Origin: an uncultured Acidobacteriaceae bacterium | Lineage (GTDB): Bacteria > Acidobacteriota > Terriglobia > Bryobacterales > Bryobacteraceae | NCBI GenBank assembly: GCA_963737045.1 | Contig: CAVTRG010000002.1 | Location: 284,858 to 348,857 of the forward strand | DNA length: 64,000 nt | Reading direction: 5' to 3' | In this document: piece after piece, positions 8,888 through 17,933 of the stretch | Layout: each line of letters begins with the position of its first letter | How positions within the stretch are numbered: position 1 is the stretch's first letter | Program-made: the position numbers and the translations under genes | Notes under the pieces: generated by a model | Told to the model about the DNA's origin: nothing | What the model saw: only the letters and a program-made list of their open reading frames with translations | The model's database searches: none

Positions 8888-11140
8888 TTGGCTACGCACA
8901 GTTTATCTGCGGCTAGAGCAAGATTTAACCGGTTCAACGTCGATCTGATCAGCGGCAAACTTCAAAGGTCCGGCGTCGGCGTTCCTATCCAGGGAAAACC
9001 CTTCCAGGTGCTGCGTTTACTCCTAATGGCGAAGGGAGAAGTTGTAAGCCGGGAACAGCTCCGTGCTGCGCTGTGGCCGGAAGACACCTTTGTTGACTTC
9101 GAGCATGGCGTCAATACGGCGGTCAAGAAGCTCCGGCAGGCGCTCGAAGACTCTGCAGAAAGCCCCAAGTTTATCGAGACCGTGCCCAAGATCGGCTATC
9201 GCTTCATTGCTTCAGTGGAGTGGGTCGCCGATGGATCCAGTGCTCATGAATCCCAAAGTCTCGAGACAAATGCTGCCGCAGAGCCGACCCCCCTTGCAGA
9301 GTCTAATCTGCTGACCCGCCGAAAGATACTGATAGCTTCGATAGCGCTCACAGCTTTTCTCGTTCTTGCTGCAACGGTCTACCTTTCCGTCCAGCATAGA
9401 TTTTTGCTGCGTGAGATCGGGGTTGGGCATCGTTCCCCGAATCAGCCTACCATCAACGAGTGGCGGTTGACGGCCAATCCTGACGATACGCCTGTAACGA
9501 GTGGCGTGATCTCGCCTGACGGGAAGCTTCTCGCATACACCGACTCGACTGGCCTCTATCTCAGGCAGGTGGACAACGGCGAGACGCATGCCGTGCCTCT
9601 GCCGAAGGGCATCGACCCGCTTGCGGAGAGCTGGTTCCCCGATGGTGTCCACCTCGTAATCTCATGGGCCGACAGTCCCCTAAGTCCGCCAGGCTTATGG
9701 CAAATATCGGTGATGGGTGGGGCTCCACGGAAACTCACGGATGAAGGCTCTTCCGCCTCACTGTCCCCGGATGGCTCTCAAATGATCTTCGTGAAACAAG
9801 CCGCCTCGGTCGAAGAACTCTGGCTGGTTCAGGCGAATGGGGGTAGAGCGAAAAGGCTAATCCGCAGCGAGGAGGATAACTTTAGTCGAGCAACTTGGGC
9901 TCCTGACGGAAAACGGTTCGCTTATGCCAGAACCAAGACGAGATACTACGCGAGCCGCCGGGTACCTGATACGCAGATTGAGCTTTTCGATCTGAATAGC
10001 GGGCAACCCGCAGTTCTTCAAGATGTGGGGGACAGAGGTTTGCCTCGTGGTGGGGCTGCTCTCGGGTGGACGCCCGATGACCGGTTGATCTTCCCTCTCC
10101 GGGAGCCTCGTCCCAATCAGCAGGATACAAACCTGTGGTCGGTGCGACTTGACCCCAGAACAGCACACCCGCTGGGCCCTTCCACGCGGATTACGAGTGG
10201 CCGAGGCATTGCCGTACAGCTCAGTCGCAGTGATAATGGCAAGCGCATTGCTTTGAGAAGACACGTTCCACAGTCCGACGTGTACGTCGCAGATGTGCTT
10301 GGCGCGGAGAAAAAACTCAGCCCGCCTCGCCGCCTGACACTGGACGAGAGGCTTGATTATGCGAGCACTTGGACACCGGATAGCAAGGCCGTCGTGTTCT
10401 ATTCCAACCGTGACGGCCCCTTCCACATTTTCAAGCAATCCATCGACGCGACGCAGCCGGAGCTACTGGTCGGCGGAGGGGATGATCTGTACCTACCCCG
10501 CTTGACCCCGGACCGATCGAGTGTGGTCTACGTAGTCCGTGCGAAGCCGGGAGGACCCTCTGACAATGCCCAGGTGATGCGAGTTCCACTGGCAGGAGGT
10601 CCACCGCAGCTTGTGCTCCAAGCGCCTGGAATCTTCGACGTTGAGTGTGCGCGATTCCCCTTCACCTTGTGTATCTATGGACAGATTCAAGCGGGACATG
10701 CGCGATTATTCACCTTTGATTCTGTGAAGGGGAAAGGTGTGGAATTGTCTCGATTGGAGAGCAATGTCGATAATTACAACTGGAGCCTTTCCCCTGACGG
10801 GAAATACTTCGCGTGGCCCAGCAATCGCACTACCTTTAAGGAATTTGGAGTGCGGATCTTCTCAGTCGGCGGCGAATGGAAGCGGGACATCGCAGTACCG
10901 CGTTGGGTAGAGATGTACGGATTGGATTGGGCTCCGGACTCAATGAGTTTGTGGGCATGCGCGCGTGACACAAAGGGTAAATGGGCTCTCCTGAACCTTC
11001 CCCTGAACGGAAAAATAAGGACGATGCTGTCTTACCCGAATTTGAATCTGGAATGGGCGATACCATCTCCTGATTCCCGTCATCTCGCCGTCGTCGAAGA
11101 TAGCAATACTTCTAATGTGTGGCTCCTGGAAAACTTTTGA
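8888..11140 (+). CDS. CadC/OmpR-type winged-helix transcriptional regulator with one TM helix and a periplasmic TolB-like beta-propeller
   Basis: TTG start. N-terminal trans_reg_C-like block (FQVLRLLLMAKGEVVSREQLRAALWPEDTFVDFEHGVNTAVKKLRQAL...IETVPKIGYRF). TM helix ILIASIALTAFLVLAATVYL. Repeated SPDG/TPDS WD40-like beta-propeller motifs (ISPDGKLLAY, LSPDGSQMIF, WAPDGKRFAY, WTPDSKAVVF, LSPDGKYFAW, PSPDSRHLAV). Confidence 0.85.
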   Translation: MATHSLSAARARFNRFNVDLISGKLQRSGVGVPIQGKPFQVLRLLLMAKGEVVSREQLRAALWPEDTFVDFEHGVNTAVKKLRQALEDSAESPKFIETVPKIGYRFIASVEWVADGSSAHESQSLETNAAAEPTPLAESNLLTRRKILIASIALTAFLVLAATVYLSVQHRFLLREIGVGHRSPNQPTINEWRLTANPDDTPVTSGVISPDGKLLAYTDSTGLYLRQVDNGETHAVPLPKGIDPLAESWFPDGVHLVISWADSPLSPPGLWQISVMGGAPRKLTDEGSSASLSPDGSQMIFVKQAASVEELWLVQANGGRAKRLIRSEEDNFSRATWAPDGKRFAYARTKTRYYASRRVPDTQIELFDLNSGQPAVLQDVGDRGLPRGGAALGWTPDDRLIFPLREPRPNQQDTNLWSVRLDPRTAHPLGPSTRITSGRGIAVQLSRSDNGKRIALRRHVPQSDVYVADVLGAEKKLSPPRRLTLDERLDYASTWTPDSKAVVFYSNRDGPFHIFKQSIDATQPELLVGGGDDLYLPRLTPDRSSVVYVVRAKPGGPSDNAQVMRVPLAGGPPQLVLQAPGIFDVECARFPFTLCIYGQIQAGHARLFTFDSVKGKGVELSRLESNVDNYNWSLSPDGKYFAWPSNRTTFKEFGVRIFSVGGEWKRDIAVPRWVEMYGLDWAPDSMSLWACARDTKGKWALLNLPLNGKIRTMLSYPNLNLEWAIPSPDSRHLAVVEDSNTSNVWLLENF

Positions 11141-11247
11141 TTGTTGCCGAATTCGAGACTCGACCACTTTGCAGGCCCGGACCAATTTTTCCCAGACCCG
11201 CTATCAAGCGGTTTCTTGGTTCCTTATATTTGCACCGGGAAATTGCG

Positions 11248-12558
11248 CTATTTCGCCGGCACGCTTCTGCACGGAAGCGATCGATCGAACAAACAAAGGT
11301 TCTCCGCCTTCCATCTCATCGCCGCATAGATGCGAGTGCGCCCGCTAGGATGATCGAAGAAAATAGCTTCTTCAACAGGCGACGGGTCCAGCTTGCGGTA
11401 TTCACCGAGAAGAAGATCCGCTTCCGCCTCGCCGTCCGGCTGCCGCGACGCGTTCAGGCCAAAGATGTCCGCCTCGTATTCTTGATTCCTCGTATACGTG
11501 TTGCTAATTGGAGTAAACACAAAGCTCATGACCGAAAGAATCAATACCACGAATGGCAGCGCGGCGACATCTTCGATTCCGCGAATCTCCCATCGCGTGC
11601 CCCGGCGAGCCAGTCCCCAGCCCAGTGTCGCGCGCAAGATTGCAAACATCACCGCGACCACTACGCACGCAAAAATGACTCCGTTGTAAAGGTGATTGAG
11701 TACATAGTGTCCCATTTCATGACCCATAACGGCCATGATGGCCTGCGGAGAGCATCGATTGAGCAGGTTATCGTTCAGAGTGATGCGCTCGGTTCCCAGA
11801 ATCCCGCTCACGTTCGCGCTCACACGCTTGCTCTGACGCGATGCGTTCACCTCGTACACATTCGTAGCAGGAATGCCGTTCGCGTGTGCCAGGCTGAGGA
11901 TCTCATTCTTAATCGCCGTATTCGTGAGCGGCTCGTAGGTGTTGAACAAAGGCGCTATATAGAGCGGGCCGATCAGCATTCCGAAAATCAGGAACATGAT
12001 CGCGACACCCGTTCCCCACAGGTGCCATGTCAGCGGAAGGCGTCGTACCATGCCGGCCAGAATGACGAACGCGATTCCTCCTAAGACGATTACCAAGACC
12101 AGCCCCACGAGCTGATCCCGGAACCACGAAGTAAAATTCTGGTTCGATAAGCCGTACTGATGCTCGCGAAAAAAATCCTCATACAGCGTCATGGGAAACG
12201 TGAGCGCAGCGGTAACAATCACAAACTCAACCCAGTAGAGGAACCACTGCAGCCAACGCAAGCGGGTGAGCCTTTCAGCGAAATTCCGCATCCGCGCCGA
12301 GAACTTCGTTTCGAGCAGCAGAATCATGATCGCTGCACCGTACAGAAAATCCCAGAGTAACAGCCAATAGCCGCCCTCGAAGTATGCGTCCGACCGTACA
12401 CGAGCCGCCGCCGGCACAGCGGCCAACCAGGCATCCGTCGCTGCCTCTGCATGGAAGTGCTTTGACGGCTGAGCCTCGACAGGAACCACCGGCGCCTTAG
12501 GAGGAGCCGCAAACGTAGTCAGCGTGAATGTCAAAAATACTGCATATACAATGCGCAT
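11248..12558 (-). CDS. M48 family zinc metallopeptidase (Ste24/CAAX-protease-like architecture)
   Basis: HEXXH zinc motif in VMGHEMGHYVLNH. Several TM helices precede the catalytic domain. N-terminal signal-like segment. Confidence 0.9.
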   Translation of the reverse strand: MRIVYAVFLTFTLTTFAAPPKAPVVPVEAQPSKHFHAEAATDAWLAAVPAAARVRSDAYFEGGYWLLLWDFLYGAAIMILLLETKFSARMRNFAERLTRLRWLQWFLYWVEFVIVTAALTFPMTLYEDFFREHQYGLSNQNFTSWFRDQLVGLVLVIVLGGIAFVILAGMVRRLPLTWHLWGTGVAIMFLIFGMLIGPLYIAPLFNTYEPLTNTAIKNEILSLAHANGIPATNVYEVNASRQSKRVSANVSGILGTERITLNDNLLNRCSPQAIMAVMGHEMGHYVLNHLYNGVIFACVVVAVMFAILRATLGWGLARRGTRWEIRGIEDVAALPFVVLILSVMSFVFTPISNTYTRNQEYEADIFGLNASRQPDGEAEADLLLGEYRKLDPSPVEEAIFFDHPSGRTRIYAAMRWKAENLCLFDRSLPCRSVPAK

Positions 12559-12624
12559 CTATTTACAAGCGAGTCCCGTTCACCGGGGTATCATAAGGTA
12601 TCACTCAGTCTAGGCATTAGCGCT

Positions 12625-13098
12625 ATGGGACCACTTGGCGTACAAGAGATGTTGGCGATTTTTGTCCTCGCCTTGCTCTTATTCGGCCCCAAAAAACTGC
12701 CCGAACTCGGACGAATGCTGGGAAAAGCGCTCAGCGAATTTCGAAGAGCCAAGAACGAGCTTAAGTCCACCTTCGAATCTCACCTCAGTGAATTGGAGCG
12801 CGAGGTCCAGGTCGATAACTACTCTGCATCGAATAGCGCCAGTTCGTCGCCTCGCTTTCCGTATCCCTACGATGAATCTGGGCGGCAGGAATCCGATACT
12901 CCCTATAGCACGACCCCTTACACCTCGGATGAATCTCACGATATCGGCGCCGCGCAATCATCCATCGAAACGCAGGATGCCAGCCTCTCCGAAGATACTT
13001 CGGCTCATGATCTGCCAGTTCCGGGAACCGTTCCACGCTCCAATGGCCATCGGCCAGCCCCTGCCTCCATCACGTCTGAAGAGAAGCAATCTGCGTAA
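12625..13098 (+). CDS. tatA: twin-arginine translocase TatA/TatB-family protein with a long acidic/Ser-rich tail
   Basis: N-terminal TM plus hinge plus amphipathic helix signature EMLAIFVLALLLFGPKKLPELGRMLGKALSEFRRAKNE. At 157 aa it is longer than a typical TatA. Confidence 0.85.
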   Translation: MGPLGVQEMLAIFVLALLLFGPKKLPELGRMLGKALSEFRRAKNELKSTFESHLSELEREVQVDNYSASNSASSSPRFPYPYDESGRQESDTPYSTTPYTSDESHDIGAAQSSIETQDASLSEDTSAHDLPVPGTVPRSNGHRPAPASITSEEKQSA

Positions 13099-13114
13099 AG
13101 TCTGCTGAGGATTG

Positions 13115-14293
13115 ATGGCCGATTATTTTGAGGAGCATCGGTCTCCAGACGGCGAAACTCTGCCCCCGGGCGACGTATCGGTACAGTCGGCGGAAGAACC
13201 CGAACGCCAGCCCACTACGCCGGCTTATCAGAGCTCCTCCGACCCTTACGGCTCCGGCTCCGATTCCACAACAACCTTGCCCAGCGCTACGGAACCTACG
13301 CAGCCTGCTTCCAATGGGGATGCCCCGCCTTCCCTGGACATTCCTGCCCGGAGAACTCCACCTCCAGCGCCGCCTCCTCCTCCCGACGACGATGACGGCG
13401 AGGCAGACGACGAAGAAAGAGGCATGCTCCGCATGTCCTTCATGGAGCACCTGGAAGAGCTCAGGACGCGCATCTTGCGTGCTCTCTTGGGTGTCGTTGT
13501 CGCGTTTCTCCTCAGCATTACTTTCTGCAAATATCTCTGGGATGTCGTGAAGGCGCCCGCGGTTACGGCATTGCAGCACTTGGGCATTCACCCACCCAAC
13601 CTCGTCGCGATTTCGCCCATGGATCAGTTCAACATCATCTATTTGAAGCTGCCGTTGCTGGTCTCCGTTTTTCTGGGCTCGCCGTGGATCTTATATCAGG
13701 TTTGGGCGTTCATCTCACCCGGCTTGTACAAGCGCGAAAAAAAATGGGCGGTTCCGTTCATCCTTTGCACTGCGGGATTGTTCATTACTGGCGGCCTCTT
13801 CGCCTATTTCGTCGCCTTCCGCTACGGTCTCGAATTTCTGCTTGGCATCGGCCGCGACGTAAACATCTCGCCAATGGTTTCGATGGTCGAATATTTCGAT
13901 CTGTTCGTCAACGTGACGCTCGGCGTGGGGCTCGTCTTCGAGATGCCGGTCATCATTTTCTTCCTGACCCTGCTGCGTCTCGCTTCGCCCAGATTCCTCC
14001 TTCGCCACAGCCGCTACGCAATTTTGGCCATCACCATAATCGCCGCCATCGTCACGCCCACCCCCGACGTTTTCAACATGATGATCTTTGCCGTTCCCAT
14101 GGTCATGTTGTTCTTCGTTGGCGTGTTCGCCAGCCATCTGCTCGTTCTGAAGAGAGAAGGGAAGAAGTTTCCGTGGGGTACAGTAGCTCTGGTCATTCTA
14201 GGCATCGTTCTGGTTATCGCGGGCACGCTCGCTCTGCTAATCCTGCGGTATCACTATCACGTGATACATAAGTGGCCGTATCTGGTTAAGTAG
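13115..14293 (+). CDS. tatC: twin-arginine translocase subunit TatC with a Pro/Asp-rich N-terminal extension of about 105 aa
   Basis: Conserved TatC blocks (MSFMEHLEELRTRIL, ISPMDQF, FEMPVIIFFL, RYAILAITIIAAIVTPTPDVFN) and six TM helices. ATG at 13115 (TTG at 13112 also possible). Confidence 0.9.
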   Translation: MADYFEEHRSPDGETLPPGDVSVQSAEEPERQPTTPAYQSSSDPYGSGSDSTTTLPSATEPTQPASNGDAPPSLDIPARRTPPPAPPPPPDDDDGEADDEERGMLRMSFMEHLEELRTRILRALLGVVVAFLLSITFCKYLWDVVKAPAVTALQHLGIHPPNLVAISPMDQFNIIYLKLPLLVSVFLGSPWILYQVWAFISPGLYKREKKWAVPFILCTAGLFITGGLFAYFVAFRYGLEFLLGIGRDVNISPMVSMVEYFDLFVNVTLGVGLVFEMPVIIFFLTLLRLASPRFLLRHSRYAILAITIIAAIVTPTPDVFNMMIFAVPMVMLFFVGVFASHLLVLKREGKKFPWGTVALVILGIVLVIAGTLALLILRYHYHVIHKWPYLVK

Positions 14294-14311
14294 CACGGAG
14301 TACAACCCCGT

Positions 14312-15019
14312 TCACTCCCTCCACAGTGCTGCGCCGCCAAGCAGTCCATCGTCATTCGGGACTCGCGTTACGTGCTTTGGCAAAGCGAAATCGATCCGGT
14401 GAGCGTTGCCGCCTCCTATATAAAGGTGATCGAAGTTGAAGAGCGCTTCCAGTTGCTGAATGGCTTTCTCAACCAATTTATTCCAGCGCTTGCGACGGTA
14501 CTTTTGAAACCCGCGCCTACCGAGAAATTCCTCGTACGTTTTGTTCTTGGTCCAAGGGTGATGCGCCAGCTCGAGACCTGGCACCAGCGTGCCATTGACA
14601 AACAGAGATGATCCGAATCCGGTGCCCAGCGTGATCACCAGTTCGACCCCTCTTCCCCGAATCGCGCCAAATCCTTGAACGGCTGCGTCGTTCGCAACTC
14701 GAACGGGCTTTTTCCACCGTCTTGCGAGAACTTTCTGCAGATCGTATCCGATCCACTTCTGACTGAGATTGTGCGCCGTCAGAGTAGCCCCACGCTTCAC
14801 TACGCCGGGAAAACCCACCGATACCCGATCGAACTCTCCCAGCCGGTGCGCGACATCATCCATGACTGCCAGCATCGCTTCGGGCGTCGCAGGATTCGGA
14901 GTCGCAAGCCGTTCTCTATCCGACAGCGGCTTTCCTGCGCCGTCGAGCAACATGCCTTTTATCCCAGTGCCTCCTATGTCGAGCGCCAGAGTGGTTGGGG
15001 TCTTTTGTTGCTGAGCCAT
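14312..15019 (-). CDS. ppgK: ROK family polyphosphate glucokinase
   Basis: LALDIGGTGIKG ATP-binding loop, VANDAAVQG and TLGTGFGS blocks. The 235-aa length is typical of PpgK-type ROK kinases. Confidence 0.85.
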   Translation of the reverse strand: MAQQQKTPTTLALDIGGTGIKGMLLDGAGKPLSDRERLATPNPATPEAMLAVMDDVAHRLGEFDRVSVGFPGVVKRGATLTAHNLSQKWIGYDLQKVLARRWKKPVRVANDAAVQGFGAIRGRGVELVITLGTGFGSSLFVNGTLVPGLELAHHPWTKNKTYEEFLGRRGFQKYRRKRWNKLVEKAIQQLEALFNFDHLYIGGGNAHRIDFALPKHVTRVPNDDGLLGGAALWRE

Positions 15020-15306
15020 ACCGCCAATGTAACCTGAAGACCTCCGCTCGGTTCAGTCCATTATCCACGCGGTTAGCGAGTATTTCGCCTCTTCTTTGCG
15101 TATTGTGTGTACCTCGGTCGATTTTCAAGCCTAAGACGGTAGTTTTTGCAGATGGTGGCTATTTGAAACCCCGGTAACGCCTTGGTCCGTCACAGTGATA
15201 GAGGATGGCACTCAAGCTGCTACTACTTGAACGATAGAGATCGCGCGATATCGACGCAACACATGAAAACAATGACATCTTTTATCCTTTGGAGGAGTAA
15301 TTAACA

Positions 15307-16017
15307 ATGACCCGTAAACTGCGCTCTTTCTACATTGGCGCCCTGGCCGTCAGTGGCGTTGGCTTATTGGGAAGTGCATTCGTTCCCAAGGCGCACGCAG
15401 ATGCTTGGGACAAAATGACGATCGTGAGCGTGAATGAACCCATCATCGCGGGAAACAAAGTACTGGACCCGGGTACGTACGTATGGAAACTACTCGATTC
15501 CCCATCGAATCGCCACGTTGTCCAGATCTTCGACAAAGATCAGCGCCACCTGGAAACAACTGTTCTGGCAATTCCGAATTACCGGTTGCAACCCGACGGC
15601 AAGACGCAGTTCAGCTTCTGGGAGACTCCGGCAGGAGTTCCGAAAGCCGTTCGCGCGTGGTTTTATCCCGGTGACAATTTCGGGCAAGAGTTCCCGTACC
15701 CAAAGAAGCTGGTAGCGCAGCTTGCATCTGCCGCGCCGGTTCCGGTGCCGACAAACTATAGCGAACCCGCGCCAGCTCCTGCCCCGGTGCCTGCTCCTGC
15801 TCCAGAACCTGAAGCTCAGCCGCAGCCTGCTCCGGCCCCGCCGCCAGCCCCCGAACCTCCCGCTCCCGCGCAGGACAACTCAACGGTTGCTCCGGCACCA
15901 GCGCCTCAACAAAATGCGTTACCGAAAACCGCCAGCTTCAATCCTCTGATTGGATTGCTCGGTCTCGGATCATTGACTCTGGCCGGATTGCTGACCGTCG
16001 CAACCAAGCGGGCGTAA
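15307..16017 (+). CDS. secreted stalked protein with a C-terminal LPKTAS sortase-type sorting signal
   Basis: GGAGG ribosome-binding site upstream. Signal peptide ending AHA. Globular domain of about 120 aa (..WFYPGDNFGQEFPYPKK). Pro/Ala spacer of about 70 aa. LPKTAS at nt 15919-15936 is followed by 22 hydrophobic residues and TKRA at the C-terminus. Confidence 0.7.
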   Translation: MTRKLRSFYIGALAVSGVGLLGSAFVPKAHADAWDKMTIVSVNEPIIAGNKVLDPGTYVWKLLDSPSNRHVVQIFDKDQRHLETTVLAIPNYRLQPDGKTQFSFWETPAGVPKAVRAWFYPGDNFGQEFPYPKKLVAQLASAAPVPVPTNYSEPAPAPAPVPAPAPEPEAQPQPAPAPPPAPEPPAPAQDNSTVAPAPAPQQNALPKTASFNPLIGLLGLGSLTLAGLLTVATKRA

Positions 16018-16121
16018 CGGTTCCAATAGAACGTAAGCAGACAGGACCCGTCGCTCCGTTCCGCGCGTCAGCCGGAATGAGTCGGCGGGTTCTTTTCACG
16101 TGAGAGTATGCCGAGGGTGCA

Positions 16122-17075
16122 TTGAGGTACGGGCTCATCGGAATCCTCGCATTCGCCTTGCCTCCGTTGTTGCTTTTAAGCGCTCCGAACCAAGACCAGA
16201 CCGCTTTTACGATTTCGGACAATGTAAATCTCGTTCTTCTTGATGTAAGTGTGAAAGATTCACAGGGAGGTTACGCCAGCGGACTCACGCAAGCCGACTT
16301 CCATGTCTTCGAGGAAGGTCGTCCTCAAAAGATCACTGCATTTGCGAATGTGGATACGCCCGTTACGGTCGGCCTGGTAGTGGATAACAGCGGAAGCATG
16401 CGATTCAAGCGCCCACAAGTCGTTCTCGCCGGTTTGGCATTCGCGAAAGAAAGCAACCCGAAGGATGAGTTCTTTGTCATAAATTTCAACAATCACATCG
16501 TTCGCGGGCTTCCTGAGAAGATTCCGTTTACAGATAATCTCCAAAAGCTGAGGTCCGCACTCTACTATGGCGAGCCAGCCGGGCAAACGGCGCTCTATGA
16601 TGCGATTGCGTATTCGCTCAAACATCTCGAACTCAGCCGCCAGGACAAGAGAACCCTCATCGTGGTCAGCGATGGCGGCGATAACGTTAGCCGCACTTCC
16701 CTGCCCGAGTTGATGACCTTGATTGAGGCTTCGCGAGCGACAATCTACACGATCGGTCTGTTCGATCCGAATGATAGGGATTCCAATCCGCGCGTTCTTC
16801 GGAAACTCGCGAGAGTCAGCGGCGGTGAATTCTTCGAGCCGAATGCACTCAACGAAATATTGCCGGTATTCCACAAAATATCGGTCGATATCAGGAGCCG
16901 CTACTCCATCGGCTATATTCCTGAGGACATCGGATCCAAGCGTGTCCTCCGGTCGATTCGAGTTACGGCAACGGCCAAGGATTATCGGAAGTTAATCGTG
17001 CGTACCCGGAGCGCCTACAGCACCACCCCGTTCTCAGAATTGACTTCCCGGAACGCGGTACATAAAAAGAAGTAA
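16122..17075 (+). CDS. VWA (von Willebrand factor A) domain protein, acidobacterial VWFA-related type
   Basis: TTG start. N-terminal hydrophobic anchor/signal. Beta-sandwich-like leader (VNLVLLDVSVKDSQGGYASGLTQADFHVFEEGRPQKI). MIDAS DxSxS in VVDNSGSM, with downstream T (GQTALYD) and D (VVSDGGDN) positions. Confidence 0.85.
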   Translation: MRYGLIGILAFALPPLLLLSAPNQDQTAFTISDNVNLVLLDVSVKDSQGGYASGLTQADFHVFEEGRPQKITAFANVDTPVTVGLVVDNSGSMRFKRPQVVLAGLAFAKESNPKDEFFVINFNNHIVRGLPEKIPFTDNLQKLRSALYYGEPAGQTALYDAIAYSLKHLELSRQDKRTLIVVSDGGDNVSRTSLPELMTLIEASRATIYTIGLFDPNDRDSNPRVLRKLARVSGGEFFEPNALNEILPVFHKISVDIRSRYSIGYIPEDIGSKRVLRSIRVTATAKDYRKLIVRTRSAYSTTPFSELTSRNAVHKKK

Positions 17076-17087
17076 GTTTCGCGTAAC

Positions 17088-17873
17088 ATGAACGGCTCAG
17101 CAACGCTCAGGCCCCGCGAAGAACCGCGCTTCATCCAGCCTGGCCTTCATAGTCACAATCGTAATCGGCGGCTTGACCCCCATCCGGCAAGGCATCGCAT
17201 CGTGCGATACGTCCGCGCCATGCTGTTCATTCTCGGCTTGTGCGGAATCGGCTATTACGCATACGCCCTCTCGGATCAGTACGTCTACCAAGCGTACGAG
17301 AACTGGGCCTTTGATAAGAAAATTGCAGGCCACGACGTCACTTTTTCAGACTATGTAAGACAACGCACTCCCTTCGGATTCCTTGCTGGAGCAGGAACAC
17401 CCACCACTAAGGTGTCCCTTGCCCCCGCGAGTTCGGCACCAGCACAGGTGCGGCCTCAGGAGGGCGCAGTGCTAGGCCGTGTTCAAATTCGCCGACTGAA
17501 CCTTTCGGCCATCGTGCGTGAAGGAGTGGACGAGAAAACATTGAGCCGCGCTGTCGGGCACCTCCCCTATACCGCTATGCCCGGCCAGCCAGGTAACTTC
17601 GCGATTGCCGCACACAGGGACACCCTTTTCAGAGCGCTCAAGGACATTCAAACGGGTGATCGGGTCACTTTTCAATCCGACAGCGGAACATTCACCTATG
17701 AAGTAGTTTCGACCAGCATTGTCAGACCCTCCGATCTCAGCGTTGTTCAACCACAAGGAACCGACAAGCTGCTCACCATGATTACCTGTTATCCGTTCTA
17801 TTACGTCGGTTCTGCTCCGAAGCGGTTCATAGTGCGAGCGACGTTAATTGACATTGTTTCGCATCCCTCCTGA
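17088..17873 (+). CDS. sortase family transpeptidase, membrane anchored
   Basis: Starts 12 nt after the VWA stop. TM helix MLFILGLCGIGYYAYAL. Catalytic His in NFAIAAHRD, Cys in LTMITCYPF (TLxTC-like), Arg in RFIVRATL. Confidence 0.85.
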   Translation: MNGSATLRPREEPRFIQPGLHSHNRNRRLDPHPARHRIVRYVRAMLFILGLCGIGYYAYALSDQYVYQAYENWAFDKKIAGHDVTFSDYVRQRTPFGFLAGAGTPTTKVSLAPASSAPAQVRPQEGAVLGRVQIRRLNLSAIVREGVDEKTLSRAVGHLPYTAMPGQPGNFAIAAHRDTLFRALKDIQTGDRVTFQSDSGTFTYEVVSTSIVRPSDLSVVQPQGTDKLLTMITCYPFYYVGSAPKRFIVRATLIDIVSHPS

Positions 17874-17933
17874 TTTAATTGCAAATTGCGCAGATGACAG
17901 ACCCGTAACTTTGCATTAGCATGGTTAACCAGA

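Noticed and set aside
11119-12084. A 321-aa plus-strand ORF.
   Set aside because: It lies fully antisense to the well-supported M48 peptidase gene. Its Arg/His/Ser-rich composition has no motifs, which is typical of spurious antisense ORFs in GC-rich DNA.
12635-13108. A 157-aa ORF in an alternative frame of tatA.
   Set aside because: The 12625 frame carries the TatA signature (LLLFGPKKLPELG). The alternative frame has none.
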